From Fimbriimonadia bacterium (GTDB taxonomy: Bacteria > Armatimonadota > Fimbriimonadia > Fimbriimonadales > JABRVX01), in NCBI GenBank assembly GCA_041483895.1, contig JBGPGO010000007.1, positions 96,001 to 160,000 of the forward strand: a stretch of DNA of 64,000 bases, in the 5' to 3' direction. The first letter of the stretch is position 1; the number at the start of each line of letters is the position of its first letter. The translations under genes were made by a program, and so were the position numbers. The notes under the pieces are model-generated. The model was not told the DNA's origin, did not search any database, and worked only from the letters and a program-made list of their open reading frames with translations. Below are positions 1-9,497 of this stretch, in pieces.

Positions 1-35
1 GCGCGGTTCGGGTTTAGCGAGGAGGAAGAATAGAA

Positions 36-2261
36 ATGGCACTTGTCAGAGAACTGAGCATTGGAGAGCAGCGGACGATTGTCGCCAGCGGCAATCAGGC
101 TGCGGCGGAGGCAATCGCGCAAATCGGCTATGACCTGCAAGGGTTCTATCCGATCACGCCTTCCAGCGATGTTGGCGAAGAGATCGCCGCAAAGATCGCG
201 CGGGGCGAAGCCGACATGATCTTCGTACCGGCAACCAGCGAGTTGGCAGCGATTTCCGTCTGCACCGGCGCCGCGGCCGCGGGGGCGCGCTGTGTCGATG
301 TGACCTCCTCACAGGGTCTGCTACTCAAATTCGAGGAGCTGCCCGTGTTGAGCGGAATTCGGTTGCCCATGGTGATGAATATCGCCGCAAGGGCCATCTC
401 CGCGCCGCTCAACATCAAATGCGACCATTCGGATTTTCTCCAGACCCTCGGTACGGGATGGTTGACTCTGATCGCCCGCAACGTACAGGAAGTCTACGAC
501 ATGAACCTGATCGCGCTGAAGTGGGCGGAGCGCGTAAACCTGCCCTGCTTTGTGGTCTATGACGGCTTCTTCACCAGCCACGGTACGCGCCGGATCGAAA
601 TCTTCTCGGACAAGGCAACGGTCCAAAACTGGATCGGTCCGCAGCCGGAACGCGCCACGCTCCTCGACATCAAGCATCCGAAGACCTTCGGTCCCTATAT
701 GAACGAAGACCTGATCAACAACAGGTATCAGCTCCGTCTCGCCATGCGGGAAGCGCAAGACGTCTTGCCGGACATGCTCGAAGACTTTTCCGAACTCTCC
801 GGCCGCAGGTATCAGACAGTTGAGCTGTACGACATGGAGGATAAGCCGGACGTGGCGATGTTCCTCCTTGCCTCTGCCGCTGATGCCGCGGAAGACGCCA
901 TCGACAAACTGAGAAAAGAAGGGCAAAAAGTCGGCCTCATCGCCCCTCGCGTCATTCGCCCGTTCCCCAGCGAAGAGATCGCGGCGGCATTCGATGGAGT
1001 GAAGGTGGCAATCATCGGCGAACGCGCGGATCAGTTCGGCGGCCCCGGCGGCTTTATGACGAACGAGATCGCCACGGTCCTGCAAGCCAAGGGCATCCCC
1101 ACAAAGCTGTACACGCGTGTATATGGCCTGGGCGGCATCGAATTCACTCACCTAGAGGCGCGGGACCTGTTTGAGCAAGGCCTGGCAGCCCATCGTGGCG
1201 AGCCTGTTGAGACGAATACTTACTACGGACACTGGAAAGGGACGCTCGAGCAAGAACCGCCGCATCGCTTTGAGCCGGAGCCGTCCGAGTCTCTATTCAT
1301 CAATCGTGACATGCCTGAGAAGATCAACATCAAGACTCTTCAGGCGCTTGCCTCGGACATGCCGCTGAGAGTCTGCCACCCGCAGTCCTGCCCAGGATGC
1401 GGCATCTTCACGAATCTGGAGATATTCTTTCATGGGATCGATGGGCCGATCGTGCTGCTATTCAACACCGGTTGCGGGATGGTGGTCACGACAGGGTTTC
1501 CGAATACTTCCTTCCGTATTCCCTACATGCACAATCTTTTTCACAACGGTGCATCGACCGCGAGCGGCGTCGTTGAGACCTACTTACGCATGCGCAAGAA
1601 GGGCATCATCGACGAAGAGATTACCATCATCTGCGTCGGTGGGGACGGGTCGGGCGACATCGGGCTGGACCAGATCATCGGCGCGGCGATTCGCAACCAT
1701 CCGTTCATCTATCTGGAATACGACAACAACGTGTATGCGAACACGGGGGCGCAGTTCTGTTACACTGCGCCCAAGGGGTTCGCGACTCCCACCTCCCCGG
1801 GCGGCAAGAACTTCCACCACAAGGATATGATTGAGCTGCTGCGAGGGACGCACGCCAAATACATCGCGACCTTCGCGGAGACCCATGTGGAGGACGCGTT
1901 GAAGAAGGCGCGCAAGGCCCAGGCGACCGTGCGCGCGGGAAACTTCGCCTTCCTCAAGTGCTTCTCCGCCTGCCCGCTCAACTGGCAATCACCCGACGAT
2001 TCCGGTCCCGCGATTGTTGATGCGGCGGTTGATAGCTGCTTCTTCCCGCTTGTCGAGATTGAAAACGGCAAGACCACGCTGAACTATGATCCGGAAAAGC
2101 CGGGCAGAAAAATCCCGGTAGTCGGTATCTACGAACGGCTCGGCAAAATGGGATCGCACCTGCGCGGCCCTGAGCACGAGAAAGAGCTGGCGGAGCTCCA
2201 GGCAGAGGTGGATCGGCGATGGGCGCGTCTCAAGGCGATGCACGAATCGCCGTACTTATAG
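36..2261 (+). CDS. Pyruvate/2-oxoacid:ferredoxin oxidoreductase, fused alpha+beta subunits
   Basis: N-terminal FYPITPS and SELAAIS/TSSQG alpha motifs; C-terminal CPGCG, GGDG..DIG TPP-binding and YDNNVYANTG beta motifs. Confidence 0.9.
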   Translation: MALVRELSIGEQRTIVASGNQAAAEAIAQIGYDLQGFYPITPSSDVGEEIAAKIARGEADMIFVPATSELAAISVCTGAAAAGARCVDVTSSQGLLLKFEELPVLSGIRLPMVMNIAARAISAPLNIKCDHSDFLQTLGTGWLTLIARNVQEVYDMNLIALKWAERVNLPCFVVYDGFFTSHGTRRIEIFSDKATVQNWIGPQPERATLLDIKHPKTFGPYMNEDLINNRYQLRLAMREAQDVLPDMLEDFSELSGRRYQTVELYDMEDKPDVAMFLLASAADAAEDAIDKLRKEGQKVGLIAPRVIRPFPSEEIAAAFDGVKVAIIGERADQFGGPGGFMTNEIATVLQAKGIPTKLYTRVYGLGGIEFTHLEARDLFEQGLAAHRGEPVETNTYYGHWKGTLEQEPPHRFEPEPSESLFINRDMPEKINIKTLQALASDMPLRVCHPQSCPGCGIFTNLEIFFHGIDGPIVLLFNTGCGMVVTTGFPNTSFRIPYMHNLFHNGASTASGVVETYLRMRKKGIIDEEITIICVGGDGSGDIGLDQIIGAAIRNHPFIYLEYDNNVYANTGAQFCYTAPKGFATPTSPGGKNFHHKDMIELLRGTHAKYIATFAETHVEDALKKARKAQATVRAGNFAFLKCFSACPLNWQSPDDSGPAIVDAAVDSCFFPLVEIENGKTTLNYDPEKPGRKIPVVGIYERLGKMGSHLRGPEHEKELAELQAEVDRRWARLKAMHESPYL

Positions 2262-2269
2262 GTGGCACA

Positions 2270-2725
2270 GTGAAAAGGCATAAGTCGCTGGTTCCGTTGA
2301 CAGTGGACCATCATCATGGGCTGGTCCAAGCACATCGATTGATCAAGGCGGCGGAATTGCCTGCGGCGGAAGCATCGGCCGCCGCGCAGGCATTCGTCGC
2401 GTTTGCGAAAGAGCATCTTGTGGCTCACTTCGGCGCGGAAGAGGAGCATCTGCTCCCGGCACTATGCGCGCACGTAGACCCGGCGAAAGACGAACAATGT
2501 GTACGTATGATGGCGGAGCATGAAGCGTTCTGGAGGCGGCTGTCGGCGGTCGAGCAGGCTCTCGCCAAAGGTCCGCCGCCTCCGGAGTTGATGATTGCGT
2601 TGGGTCAGTCCCTCGACGATCACATTCGATTTGAAGAGCGAGAGTTCTTTCCCCGGATCGAGTCACTGCTGACCAAGCAAGAAATTGAACGCCTGGGGGA
2701 TCTGTTGCACCGGGAAGAGGGCTGA
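2270..2725 (+). CDS. Hemerythrin-like (HHE) domain protein
   Basis: DHHHGL, HFGAEEE, EHE and HIRFEER motifs; GTG start just after the oxidoreductase stop. Confidence 0.8.
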   Translation: MKRHKSLVPLTVDHHHGLVQAHRLIKAAELPAAEASAAAQAFVAFAKEHLVAHFGAEEEHLLPALCAHVDPAKDEQCVRMMAEHEAFWRRLSAVEQALAKGPPPPELMIALGQSLDDHIRFEEREFFPRIESLLTKQEIERLGDLLHREEG

Positions 2726-2756
2726 CGGCGATACCCGCCGGCCCTCTTGAATACCC

Positions 2757-2785
2757 ATCCCTTCAAAGTCAGACTGTGAAGGGAT
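2757..2785. repeat. Palindromic repeat family B (ATCCCTTCAaAGTCAGACTgTGAAGGGAT)
   Basis: Near-perfect inverted repeat between convergent genes; related copies at 7556-7614, 9510-9556 and 15247-15271. Confidence 0.85.
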
Positions 2786-2795
2786 TCAAAGCGAG

Positions 2796-5700
2796 TTAGG
2801 TGGTTGCCGCCGGCTGTGGGACTGGCGCAATCGCCAATCGGTGATTCAACCAGGCGCCCAAGGCGAGGATAGCCTCATCCGCGGCACGAAAGACCGGTAG
2901 GCCTGCCGCGCGGACGGCGGATGCCAGGGGATCGAACAGCGGACCGGCGTCACAGACAAACAGGATGGGTTTCCCGCCGCAGTCTTGCCAACCGCCGCAG
3001 AGAGAAGGAAACGCCGCCGGATCACCCAGTTGTGATTCCAGCGTCCTCAGTTCGGGGGCAAGCGGAACGCAGGAAACGATGACCGCGTCCACGCCATCAT
3101 CTTTGAGCGCCGCGCGCACGATTTCGTCATAAACGGCTTCATCCGCCATCGGGGTCAAATCCATTGGGTTGCGTACATCGACGATGCCACCCAAGTTGCG
3201 CCTCGAAATCACCGACCTCAGTTCCTCACGAAGGGAATCGCTCAGATCGGCAAATTGGGCTGTGGCCCCATCGGCGAGCATGGTATCGGCGAGGCTGACT
3301 GCTTCCATCCCCGCATTCGTGACCGCGAAGACGCGATTCCCTCGGGCGGTCCTATCCGCCAACAGAGTAGCCGTTTCAAGCGACTGGTTGAACTCCCGGA
3401 AGTTCTCGACAACGATCGCTCCCGCCGCATGCATCGCTGACTGGCAAATGTCATAGTCTCCCGCCACAGCGGCGGTGTGACCGGCCGCCGCGAGCCTTCC
3501 CGCCTCGGTCCGGCCCGCCTTATAGAAAACAACCGTCTTGCCCGACTTCGCCAATTGGCTTACGGCGCGCAAAGTCTCCAAACCGTCCAAATTGGCGAAA
3601 CCCTCCACGTAGACGCCGATCACCTGAACGTCCGGCCGGTCGTGAAGCGCCCAAAGCAAGTCTGATACGGTCACGTCCGCCTGGTTGCCGATGGAGATCG
3701 TGAACGCCGGGCGCAAATGCTCCAGGCTGCTAAGGCGCGACACGATAAACGCCCCGCTTTGGGACAGTATCGCCACCGGTTGCGCGGGGCGATCGTCTTG
3801 GCGGGCCATCTTGTTCTTAGGAATGAAGAACGTGTCATAACCTCCGGGCCGGGACTGTATACCCATGCAATTGGGGCCGAGGACCACGCATCCGCCGTCC
3901 GGCCGCTGTCTGCCCTCTCGTATGGCCTCCCGAATCTCCTCGCCGATTCCGTGCGAATCTTCCGTCTCCCCTCCACCGCCGGAGATGATTATCGCCGCAC
4001 GCGCCTTGCCGGTGGAGTTAACGGCCGAAAGGATCGAGGGCGCCTCCTTCGATGCGGTGGAAATCACGAGCAGGTCCACGGGTTCCGGCAGGTCCGCGAT
4101 GTCCGGAACGCACCGAACGCCGTCGATTTCGGTGACGTCCTTCTTTACCACCGTCACTTTGTCCTTGGGAAAACCGGATTGGAGAATGTTTCCGAGAATG
4201 ATCCGTCCGATGCTGTCCGGTTTTGAGGAAACGCCGATCAATGAGATCGAGTCCGGCTCCAGCATCTTTCGGACGTTCTCTTTTGGGCGCGCCGGGGCGG
4301 CCTTGGCGGCTGTTTGCAACCAACCGCGTCCATCGAGCGGAATGAGGCGTTGATTGCGGAAGGCGAACGGATTGACCTCCAATTCTCCGATGTCCGGCCC
4401 CTCTTCCCCGCGATCCACGCAGAAACCGCGGGCGATAGCGATGAACGCCCGGAAGCACCGGAGCAGCTCCCCGTCCGACACCCTCCGCTCATGCCCTCTT
4501 GCCTTGCCCGCCAAGATATCGTACGCGGCGGTCTCCATGAACCGCTCAAGAAACGTCTCCGCGTCCGTATCCATGGCGACCGCTTTCGCTACAGCGACGC
4601 CCGGCCGCATTTTCGTGGCAAGGTACTCCGTATCCAGACCGCCCAGCCCTGCTGCGATAACAGGTCCAAATTCGCGAGTCGCACGTATCCCCACAAATAG
4701 CTCGCCGCCGAAACCGCGGAACTTATTCTCCACAAACTCCACAACCAGCGCGCCGGCGACGGTGGCGACGCCCGTATGTCGCTCGATAAGACGGTCAATC
4801 TCAGTTCGCACCGCTTGAATCGTCTTCGGAACGAAGGCCACCGCGTGCGCATCCGTTTTGTGAACGATCTCTGGCGACACCAGCTTCACCACCACCGTGT
4901 CGCCGGGATACTGCTCCAGCGCTTCTCTGGGAATCATCGACCCCTTCGGCACAAACGAGTATCGTGGCGGCGAAATCGCGCCCACCAGCTCCACAAGCGA
5001 ATACACCTCATGCTCGTAGAGTCTCCGTCGGCCTTCTTCATAGGCGTTCATCAGGATGCTCTCAAAAGCATGAGCCTCCGCGCCGGAAAGCCGGTCCTCC
5101 CGGCCATGACACTCGCCCCACGACTCGGTCAGGAGACCGGTCGCATCAAGTGGGAGACCGGTCGCATCAAGGAAATCAACAAGCGACTCGGTCAGGAGAC
5201 CGGTCGCATCCAGTGCATCCTCGGAGGCAAGATGCTCGGGGGAGAGCGTCTCGATCCACTGCCGTACGGACTTCGGTGAACCGCCTCGTTGCAGCCCATC
5301 GACATAGGCGGCAGCCGCCGTTCGTCCGAAGCGAAAAGCGCGGAGGTTGGCGTCTACCACCCGCTCCCCTTTCGCGGCGAACAGCTCCCGGATCGCCCCC
5401 TCCAATTCCGACACCGTGAAACCGAGGAAAAGCGAAGCGGCCCCCATCGCGACGGTGTTCGCGGTCATCGTGCTGCCGGCCGCCCGCGCAAGCTGCAACA
5501 TGCTGATCGCCACATGGTTCGGGAAGCCGACAAGATGGTCGAGAACGGATTCGATGGGCGGATAGTTGCCGATGTTCGTTACCGCGTTCGTGCTCGCGAT
5601 AACTGTGCCGTTCGGCTTTAGCATCTCGGCATACCGAAGGGCTTCCAGCGGCTCGATCGCCAAGATCATGTCCGCCTCGCCCATCGGAATCATATCGCTG

Positions 5701-5879
5701 AATATCTCCGAGCTGGAGATGCGCAGATGGGAATAGACGGCCCCACCCCTCTGAGACATGCCATGCACTTCCGCCTGCTTTACGTGCATTCCCTTTCCGA
5801 GCGCGGCAATGGAAAGCCCCCTGGCGATGGTGAGGATCCCTTGCCCTCCCACTCCGGCCAAAACGATGTTGTGTTCCAT
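2796..5879 (-). CDS. Fusion of indolepyruvate oxidoreductase beta (IorB), an ATP-grasp domain and a CoA-binding ADP-forming acyl-CoA ligase
   Basis: N-terminal GVGGQGIL/AEVHGMSQRGG (IorB); KLVSPEIVHKTD and ELEVNPF (ATP-grasp); GPNCMG, SQSGAF and GHTAAVAG phospho-His (ACD alpha). Confidence 0.88.
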   Translation of the reverse strand: MEHNIVLAGVGGQGILTIARGLSIAALGKGMHVKQAEVHGMSQRGGAVYSHLRISSSEIFSDMIPMGEADMILAIEPLEALRYAEMLKPNGTVIASTNAVTNIGNYPPIESVLDHLVGFPNHVAISMLQLARAAGSTMTANTVAMGAASLFLGFTVSELEGAIRELFAAKGERVVDANLRAFRFGRTAAAAYVDGLQRGGSPKSVRQWIETLSPEHLASEDALDATGLLTESLVDFLDATGLPLDATGLLTESWGECHGREDRLSGAEAHAFESILMNAYEEGRRRLYEHEVYSLVELVGAISPPRYSFVPKGSMIPREALEQYPGDTVVVKLVSPEIVHKTDAHAVAFVPKTIQAVRTEIDRLIERHTGVATVAGALVVEFVENKFRGFGGELFVGIRATREFGPVIAAGLGGLDTEYLATKMRPGVAVAKAVAMDTDAETFLERFMETAAYDILAGKARGHERRVSDGELLRCFRAFIAIARGFCVDRGEEGPDIGELEVNPFAFRNQRLIPLDGRGWLQTAAKAAPARPKENVRKMLEPDSISLIGVSSKPDSIGRIILGNILQSGFPKDKVTVVKKDVTEIDGVRCVPDIADLPEPVDLLVISTASKEAPSILSAVNSTGKARAAIIISGGGGETEDSHGIGEEIREAIREGRQRPDGGCVVLGPNCMGIQSRPGGYDTFFIPKNKMARQDDRPAQPVAILSQSGAFIVSRLSSLEHLRPAFTISIGNQADVTVSDLLWALHDRPDVQVIGVYVEGFANLDGLETLRAVSQLAKSGKTVVFYKAGRTEAGRLAAAGHTAAVAGDYDICQSAMHAAGAIVVENFREFNQSLETATLLADRTARGNRVFAVTNAGMEAVSLADTMLADGATAQFADLSDSLREELRSVISRRNLGGIVDVRNPMDLTPMADEAVYDEIVRAALKDDGVDAVIVSCVPLAPELRTLESQLGDPAAFPSLCGGWQDCGGKPILFVCDAGPLFDPLASAVRAAGLPVFRAADEAILALGAWLNHRLAIAPVPQPAATT
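5121..5210 (+). repeat. Family A hairpin repeat cluster (2 full + 1 half copy), in frame in the IorB-ACD linker
   Basis: CGACTCGGTCAGGAGACCGGTCGCATC at 5121-5147 and 5184-5210; translated as DATGLLTES...DATGLP...DATGLLTES. Confidence 0.95.
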
Positions 5880-5884
5880 GGTTG

Positions 5885-7495
5885 CTACGCCTCGCCGACC
5901 GGGATGGTGGCGGCTTCCGGCCTTTGGTGGGGTCGAATATGGATGCAGGCTCGGCGGGCGACGATGACGCTCAGTCCCTTGTGCTCGATGGCACGCCGGA
6001 TGATTTCAACGTTTTCTTCATGATGCTTGGGAAGGGGTTCAAATACGTGAAGGTCTTTCACCCCAAATCCGCGGAGAAGCTCGATCAGCTCCTCTCCCGT
6101 CGCCAGCGAGTCCTGCGCCCCGGTCATGGCGGTCGTCGCATTGTCCAAAATCATGACGGTGATATCCGCATTGGTCCGTATGGCGCCGATGAGCGGCGTC
6201 AGGCCGGAATGCGTGAATGTCGAGTCCCCGATGGTGCAAACAACCGGACGCGCCCCCGCCCGGGAAGCGCCGTGAGCCATGCTGATCGAGGCACCCATGT
6301 CCACGCAGGAGTGCACCGCGCGATATGGCGCCATCGCCCCCAACGTATAACAGCCGATGTCGCTGAACAGGACCGCGCCGGGGTAGCCCGCGGTGGCATC
6401 CACGAGCGCGCTGAAAGTGTCGCAATGCGGGCAACCCTTGCACAGCTGCGGCGGCCTTGCGACGGCGATCGGATCGGCGGGCATGTGCTTCGCGGATGTT
6501 CCCCCAAGCGCGTGGGTGACCAGTTCCGGAGTCAATTCGCCGTCCATCGGCAACGTGCCGTCCAGTTTCCCCCGAACGGATTTGCCGGGAATGCCGAGGA
6601 GGCCTATGAGCCGCTGCTCGATGAACGGATAACCCTCCTCGATCACATAGATTTCATCGCAGTGCCCAAGTATCTCTCGAATCCGATCCGTCGGCAGCGG
6701 ATAGACGGCGACACGCAGGAGCGAATCCTCCGGCCTCCCTCCCAGCGCCTCCCGGATGTAGTTGTATCCCGTACCGGAGCATATCAGCGCGCGCCGACCT
6801 CCAAGGGTCAAGAGGTTGAACGGCGACTCATTGGAATATGCCAGTAGAGTCGGCTGCATCTCCAGCAGCCGCCTATAGCGTCGGCGGGCGTTGTGCGGCA
6901 CAAGCGTCCAATCGTTGGGATCGGGGATGGGCAGAGCCGTCTCCCGCCGCTCGCATTCCTCATCCGGGTGGCGGATGACGATAGATCGGCTGTGGGCGAG
7001 CCGCGTCACCAAGCGAATCATCACCGGCAGGCCGACGCGCTCCGACAGCCGGAACGCTTCCCGCGTCATGTCGTAGCATTCCTGCTGGCTGCTCGGCTCG
7101 AAGCACGGGATCTTGGCAAACTCGGCATAGAAGCGGGAGTCCTGTTCGTTCTGTGACGAGTGCATCCCTGGGTCGTCGGCGGAGACGAGGACGAGGCTGC
7201 CATTCACGCCGGTGAGGGCGGAGTTGATGAACGGATCGGCGGCCACGTTCAGCCCAACATGCTTCATGGAAACCAGCGCGCGCCTGCCGGCATAGGACAT
7301 GCCGAGCGCCTCTTCGTACGCCACCTTCTCGTTCGCCGACCAGCTGGCCCAGACAGAGGGAGCGACGGCTTGGATGGTCTCGAAGATTTCGGTTGAGGGT
7401 GTACCAGGGTAGGAGAAGGCGCCCGCGATCCCCGCGTCTATCGCGCCCCAGGCTACGGCCTCATCGCCTAAGAAGTACTCTGTCGCCATTGACAT
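5885..7495 (-). CDS. iorA: Indolepyruvate:ferredoxin oxidoreductase alpha subunit (short form, no C-terminal ferredoxin)
   Basis: YPGTPSTE, NEKVAYE, MKHVGLNVAAD, SSQNEQD, RPPQLCKGCPH and IGDSTFTHSG motifs. Confidence 0.92.
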   Translation of the reverse strand: MSMATEYFLGDEAVAWGAIDAGIAGAFSYPGTPSTEIFETIQAVAPSVWASWSANEKVAYEEALGMSYAGRRALVSMKHVGLNVAADPFINSALTGVNGSLVLVSADDPGMHSSQNEQDSRFYAEFAKIPCFEPSSQQECYDMTREAFRLSERVGLPVMIRLVTRLAHSRSIVIRHPDEECERRETALPIPDPNDWTLVPHNARRRYRRLLEMQPTLLAYSNESPFNLLTLGGRRALICSGTGYNYIREALGGRPEDSLLRVAVYPLPTDRIREILGHCDEIYVIEEGYPFIEQRLIGLLGIPGKSVRGKLDGTLPMDGELTPELVTHALGGTSAKHMPADPIAVARPPQLCKGCPHCDTFSALVDATAGYPGAVLFSDIGCYTLGAMAPYRAVHSCVDMGASISMAHGASRAGARPVVCTIGDSTFTHSGLTPLIGAIRTNADITVMILDNATTAMTGAQDSLATGEELIELLRGFGVKDLHVFEPLPKHHEENVEIIRRAIEHKGLSVIVARRACIHIRPHQRPEAATIPVGEA

Positions 7496-7517
7496 GTCTC
7501 CGGTACCGTCCGATTGG

Positions 7518-7614
7518 TTGCGACTCGGTCAGGAGACCGGTCGCATCCTTCGAGTACCATCCCTTCAAAGTCAGACTGTGAAGGGATGGTTGCGAAGTCT
7601 GACTTTGAAGGGAT
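7518..7614. repeat. Intergenic mosaic: family A copy plus family B copy and a partial inverted B
   Basis: A at 7518-7547, B at 7556-7590, partial reverse B at 7595-7614. Confidence 0.9.
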
Positions 7615-7617
7615 TAA

Positions 7618-8577
7618 TTATACCTGCGGCCGGATGCCCTCCTTCTTCCAGACTTCCCGAATGAGCTCATACCGGTCCAGCCGCATGCCGGTATAAATGC
7701 AGTTGCTGGTGCTAAAGATATACCCAGGCGCGCTCAGGCCGGTTCGAATGGCATAGCGCGCCGATTCCACGCACTCTTCATCCGTCCCCGTCTGGAGCTT
7801 GCCGCAGTCCACGTTTCCACACAGGCAGACCTGGTTGCCGACGAGCCGCGCTACCTCCGCGATATCGACACCTCCTTGCGGATCGAGGGAATGAAGCGCG
7901 TGCGGGTTGCAGCCGACGAGCCGATCCAAAATCGGCATGATGTTGCCATCGGTGTGCTTGATCACGTAGAAACCGCGGTCCCGATATTCCTGCACGATTC
8001 GGTTGAGATGGGGAGTTATGAACCGGTCGAACCAGGGAAGGGGCAGGAAACTTCCGGAGTTGAAGCAATAGTCGGAGCAGAGCGCAAAACCGTCCAACGC
8101 GCCGTGCTCGCGCAGCCGGTCCGCCCTTCGGATGTGCCGGTCGACGTTTTCCGATGCCTCTCTGTCCACGACGCCGGGAGTTTCATGCATTCGCAGGCTC
8201 ATCTCCTCCATCTCCTCGCCGTTCGGGATGGCGAACGTGGGATCGCCGTGCATCATCAGGAAGTGCCGGCCCTGGTCGAGATCGCAAATCTCATCGAGAA
8301 GCCGCATCTCTTCGTCAATGCCGCCGGGGTTTGGATGCACGAAGATCGCGTCGTGCTCGAACCGCTCGGCGGTCGCCACGAACAGCTCCGCCATGTCCCG
8401 CCGGTGCAAGCGCCGCTCCGTCTCGGTCATCTGGCGCCATTGAGAGTAATCACGATGGGAGGGGTGCACCTTGCCGAATGCCTCCATGGTCAAGAAGAAC
8501 ACCAGCTCGAAGTGGGGCACGAGGCCGGGAGGCGAGCGGCGTTCGAGGGCGGCGACGAACCGTTCGCGCGGCGTCAT
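7618..8577 (-). CDS. UroD/MtaA-CmuA family methyltransferase-like protein
   Basis: MTPRERF start overlapping the upstream stop; HTDGN, GNVD and FSTSNC motifs. Confidence 0.8.
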   Translation of the reverse strand: MTPRERFVAALERRSPPGLVPHFELVFFLTMEAFGKVHPSHRDYSQWRQMTETERRLHRRDMAELFVATAERFEHDAIFVHPNPGGIDEEMRLLDEICDLDQGRHFLMMHGDPTFAIPNGEEMEEMSLRMHETPGVVDREASENVDRHIRRADRLREHGALDGFALCSDYCFNSGSFLPLPWFDRFITPHLNRIVQEYRDRGFYVIKHTDGNIMPILDRLVGCNPHALHSLDPQGGVDIAEVARLVGNQVCLCGNVDCGKLQTGTDEECVESARYAIRTGLSAPGYIFSTSNCIYTGMRLDRYELIREVWKKEGIRPQV

Positions 8578-9497
8578 GTCTGGATCGGCAGAACCCCAAG
8601 GGCCTCGGCGACCGCCCGAATATGGTCCGGAGTCGTCCCGCAGCAACCCCCAAAGATGCGGACCCCTGCCGCGATGGCCGACACCGCGCAGTGGGCCAGT
8701 TCCTCCGGTGGTGCCAGATACACGGTCGAAGCGCCGGTAAATCTCGGTTCCCCCGCATTCGGCTGGAGCAAGACCGGCACGCCCTGAGAGGCCGCAACCA
8801 ATTCGGGCGCCAAGTCAACGTAATCCGACATGCTGAGGTTAGTTCCGCAGTTTGCCCCGACCGCATCGGCGCCCGCTGAAAGGGCGGCGGCAAGCGCATC
8901 GCGGACCGTCGCGCCCATCATCGTTCGGAAGCCTTCGCCGGTTCGCTGGAACGCATAGCTTGCCAGTACCGGCCAGTCCCCGGCCTCCCGGGCGACGCCC
9001 ACTGCCAAGGACATCTCAATCGGGTCTGCCATCGTTTCCACAATCACTCCATCCGCGCCGGCTTCTTGAAATGCCTCAATCTGCACGCGGGTCGCCGTGA
9101 GAAACTCATCCTCCGTGGTCTCTCCGTATGGTTCCAAGAACCCGCCAAAGGGGCCGATGTCGCCCAACACCCAACCGTCGTCTCCGACGGCCCGGCGGGC
9201 AATTTGGACGGCCGCCGCGCTCAGCTCGCCACAGCGGTCGGCAAGGCTATGCCGTTCCAATGCCAGGGCGCTGCCGCCGAAAGTATTCGCCGAAACGACC
9301 CGCGATCCGGCCTCCGCGTACGAGCGATGGACATCTTCGACCGCTTCCTGATGGTCGATATTCCAGAGCTGCGCGCATGTGGCGGCGGTAAGTCCGGCGT
9401 GGAGGAGCATGCTTCCCATCGCGCCGTCCATCAGAAGCACTCCTTCCGCGAATTGCTGATCGAGCCAGGCCTGCCCTGAGCTTGTCGAACGGGTCAT
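8574..9497 (-). CDS. Stand-alone homocysteine S-methyltransferase domain (MetH N-terminal-like)
   Basis: DGAMGS, ANTFG, GANC, QPNAG and GGCCGTTPDHI zinc-binding motifs. Confidence 0.9.
   Translation of the reverse strand: MTRSTSSGQAWLDQQFAEGVLLMDGAMGSMLLHAGLTAATCAQLWNIDHQEAVEDVHRSYAEAGSRVVSANTFGGSALALERHSLADRCGELSAAAVQIARRAVGDDGWVLGDIGPFGGFLEPYGETTEDEFLTATRVQIEAFQEAGADGVIVETMADPIEMSLAVGVAREAGDWPVLASYAFQRTGEGFRTMMGATVRDALAAALSAGADAVGANCGTNLSMSDYVDLAPELVAASQGVPVLLQPNAGEPRFTGASTVYLAPPEELAHCAVSAIAAGVRIFGGCCGTTPDHIRAVAEALGVLPIQT
9470..9493 (-). repeat. Family D short hairpin repeat inside the Hcy-methyltransferase N-terminus
   Basis: Minus strand CCCGTTCGACAAGCTCAGGGCAGG, read as RSTSSGQ; related to 54249-54272 and 55984-56006. 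Confidence 0.6.
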
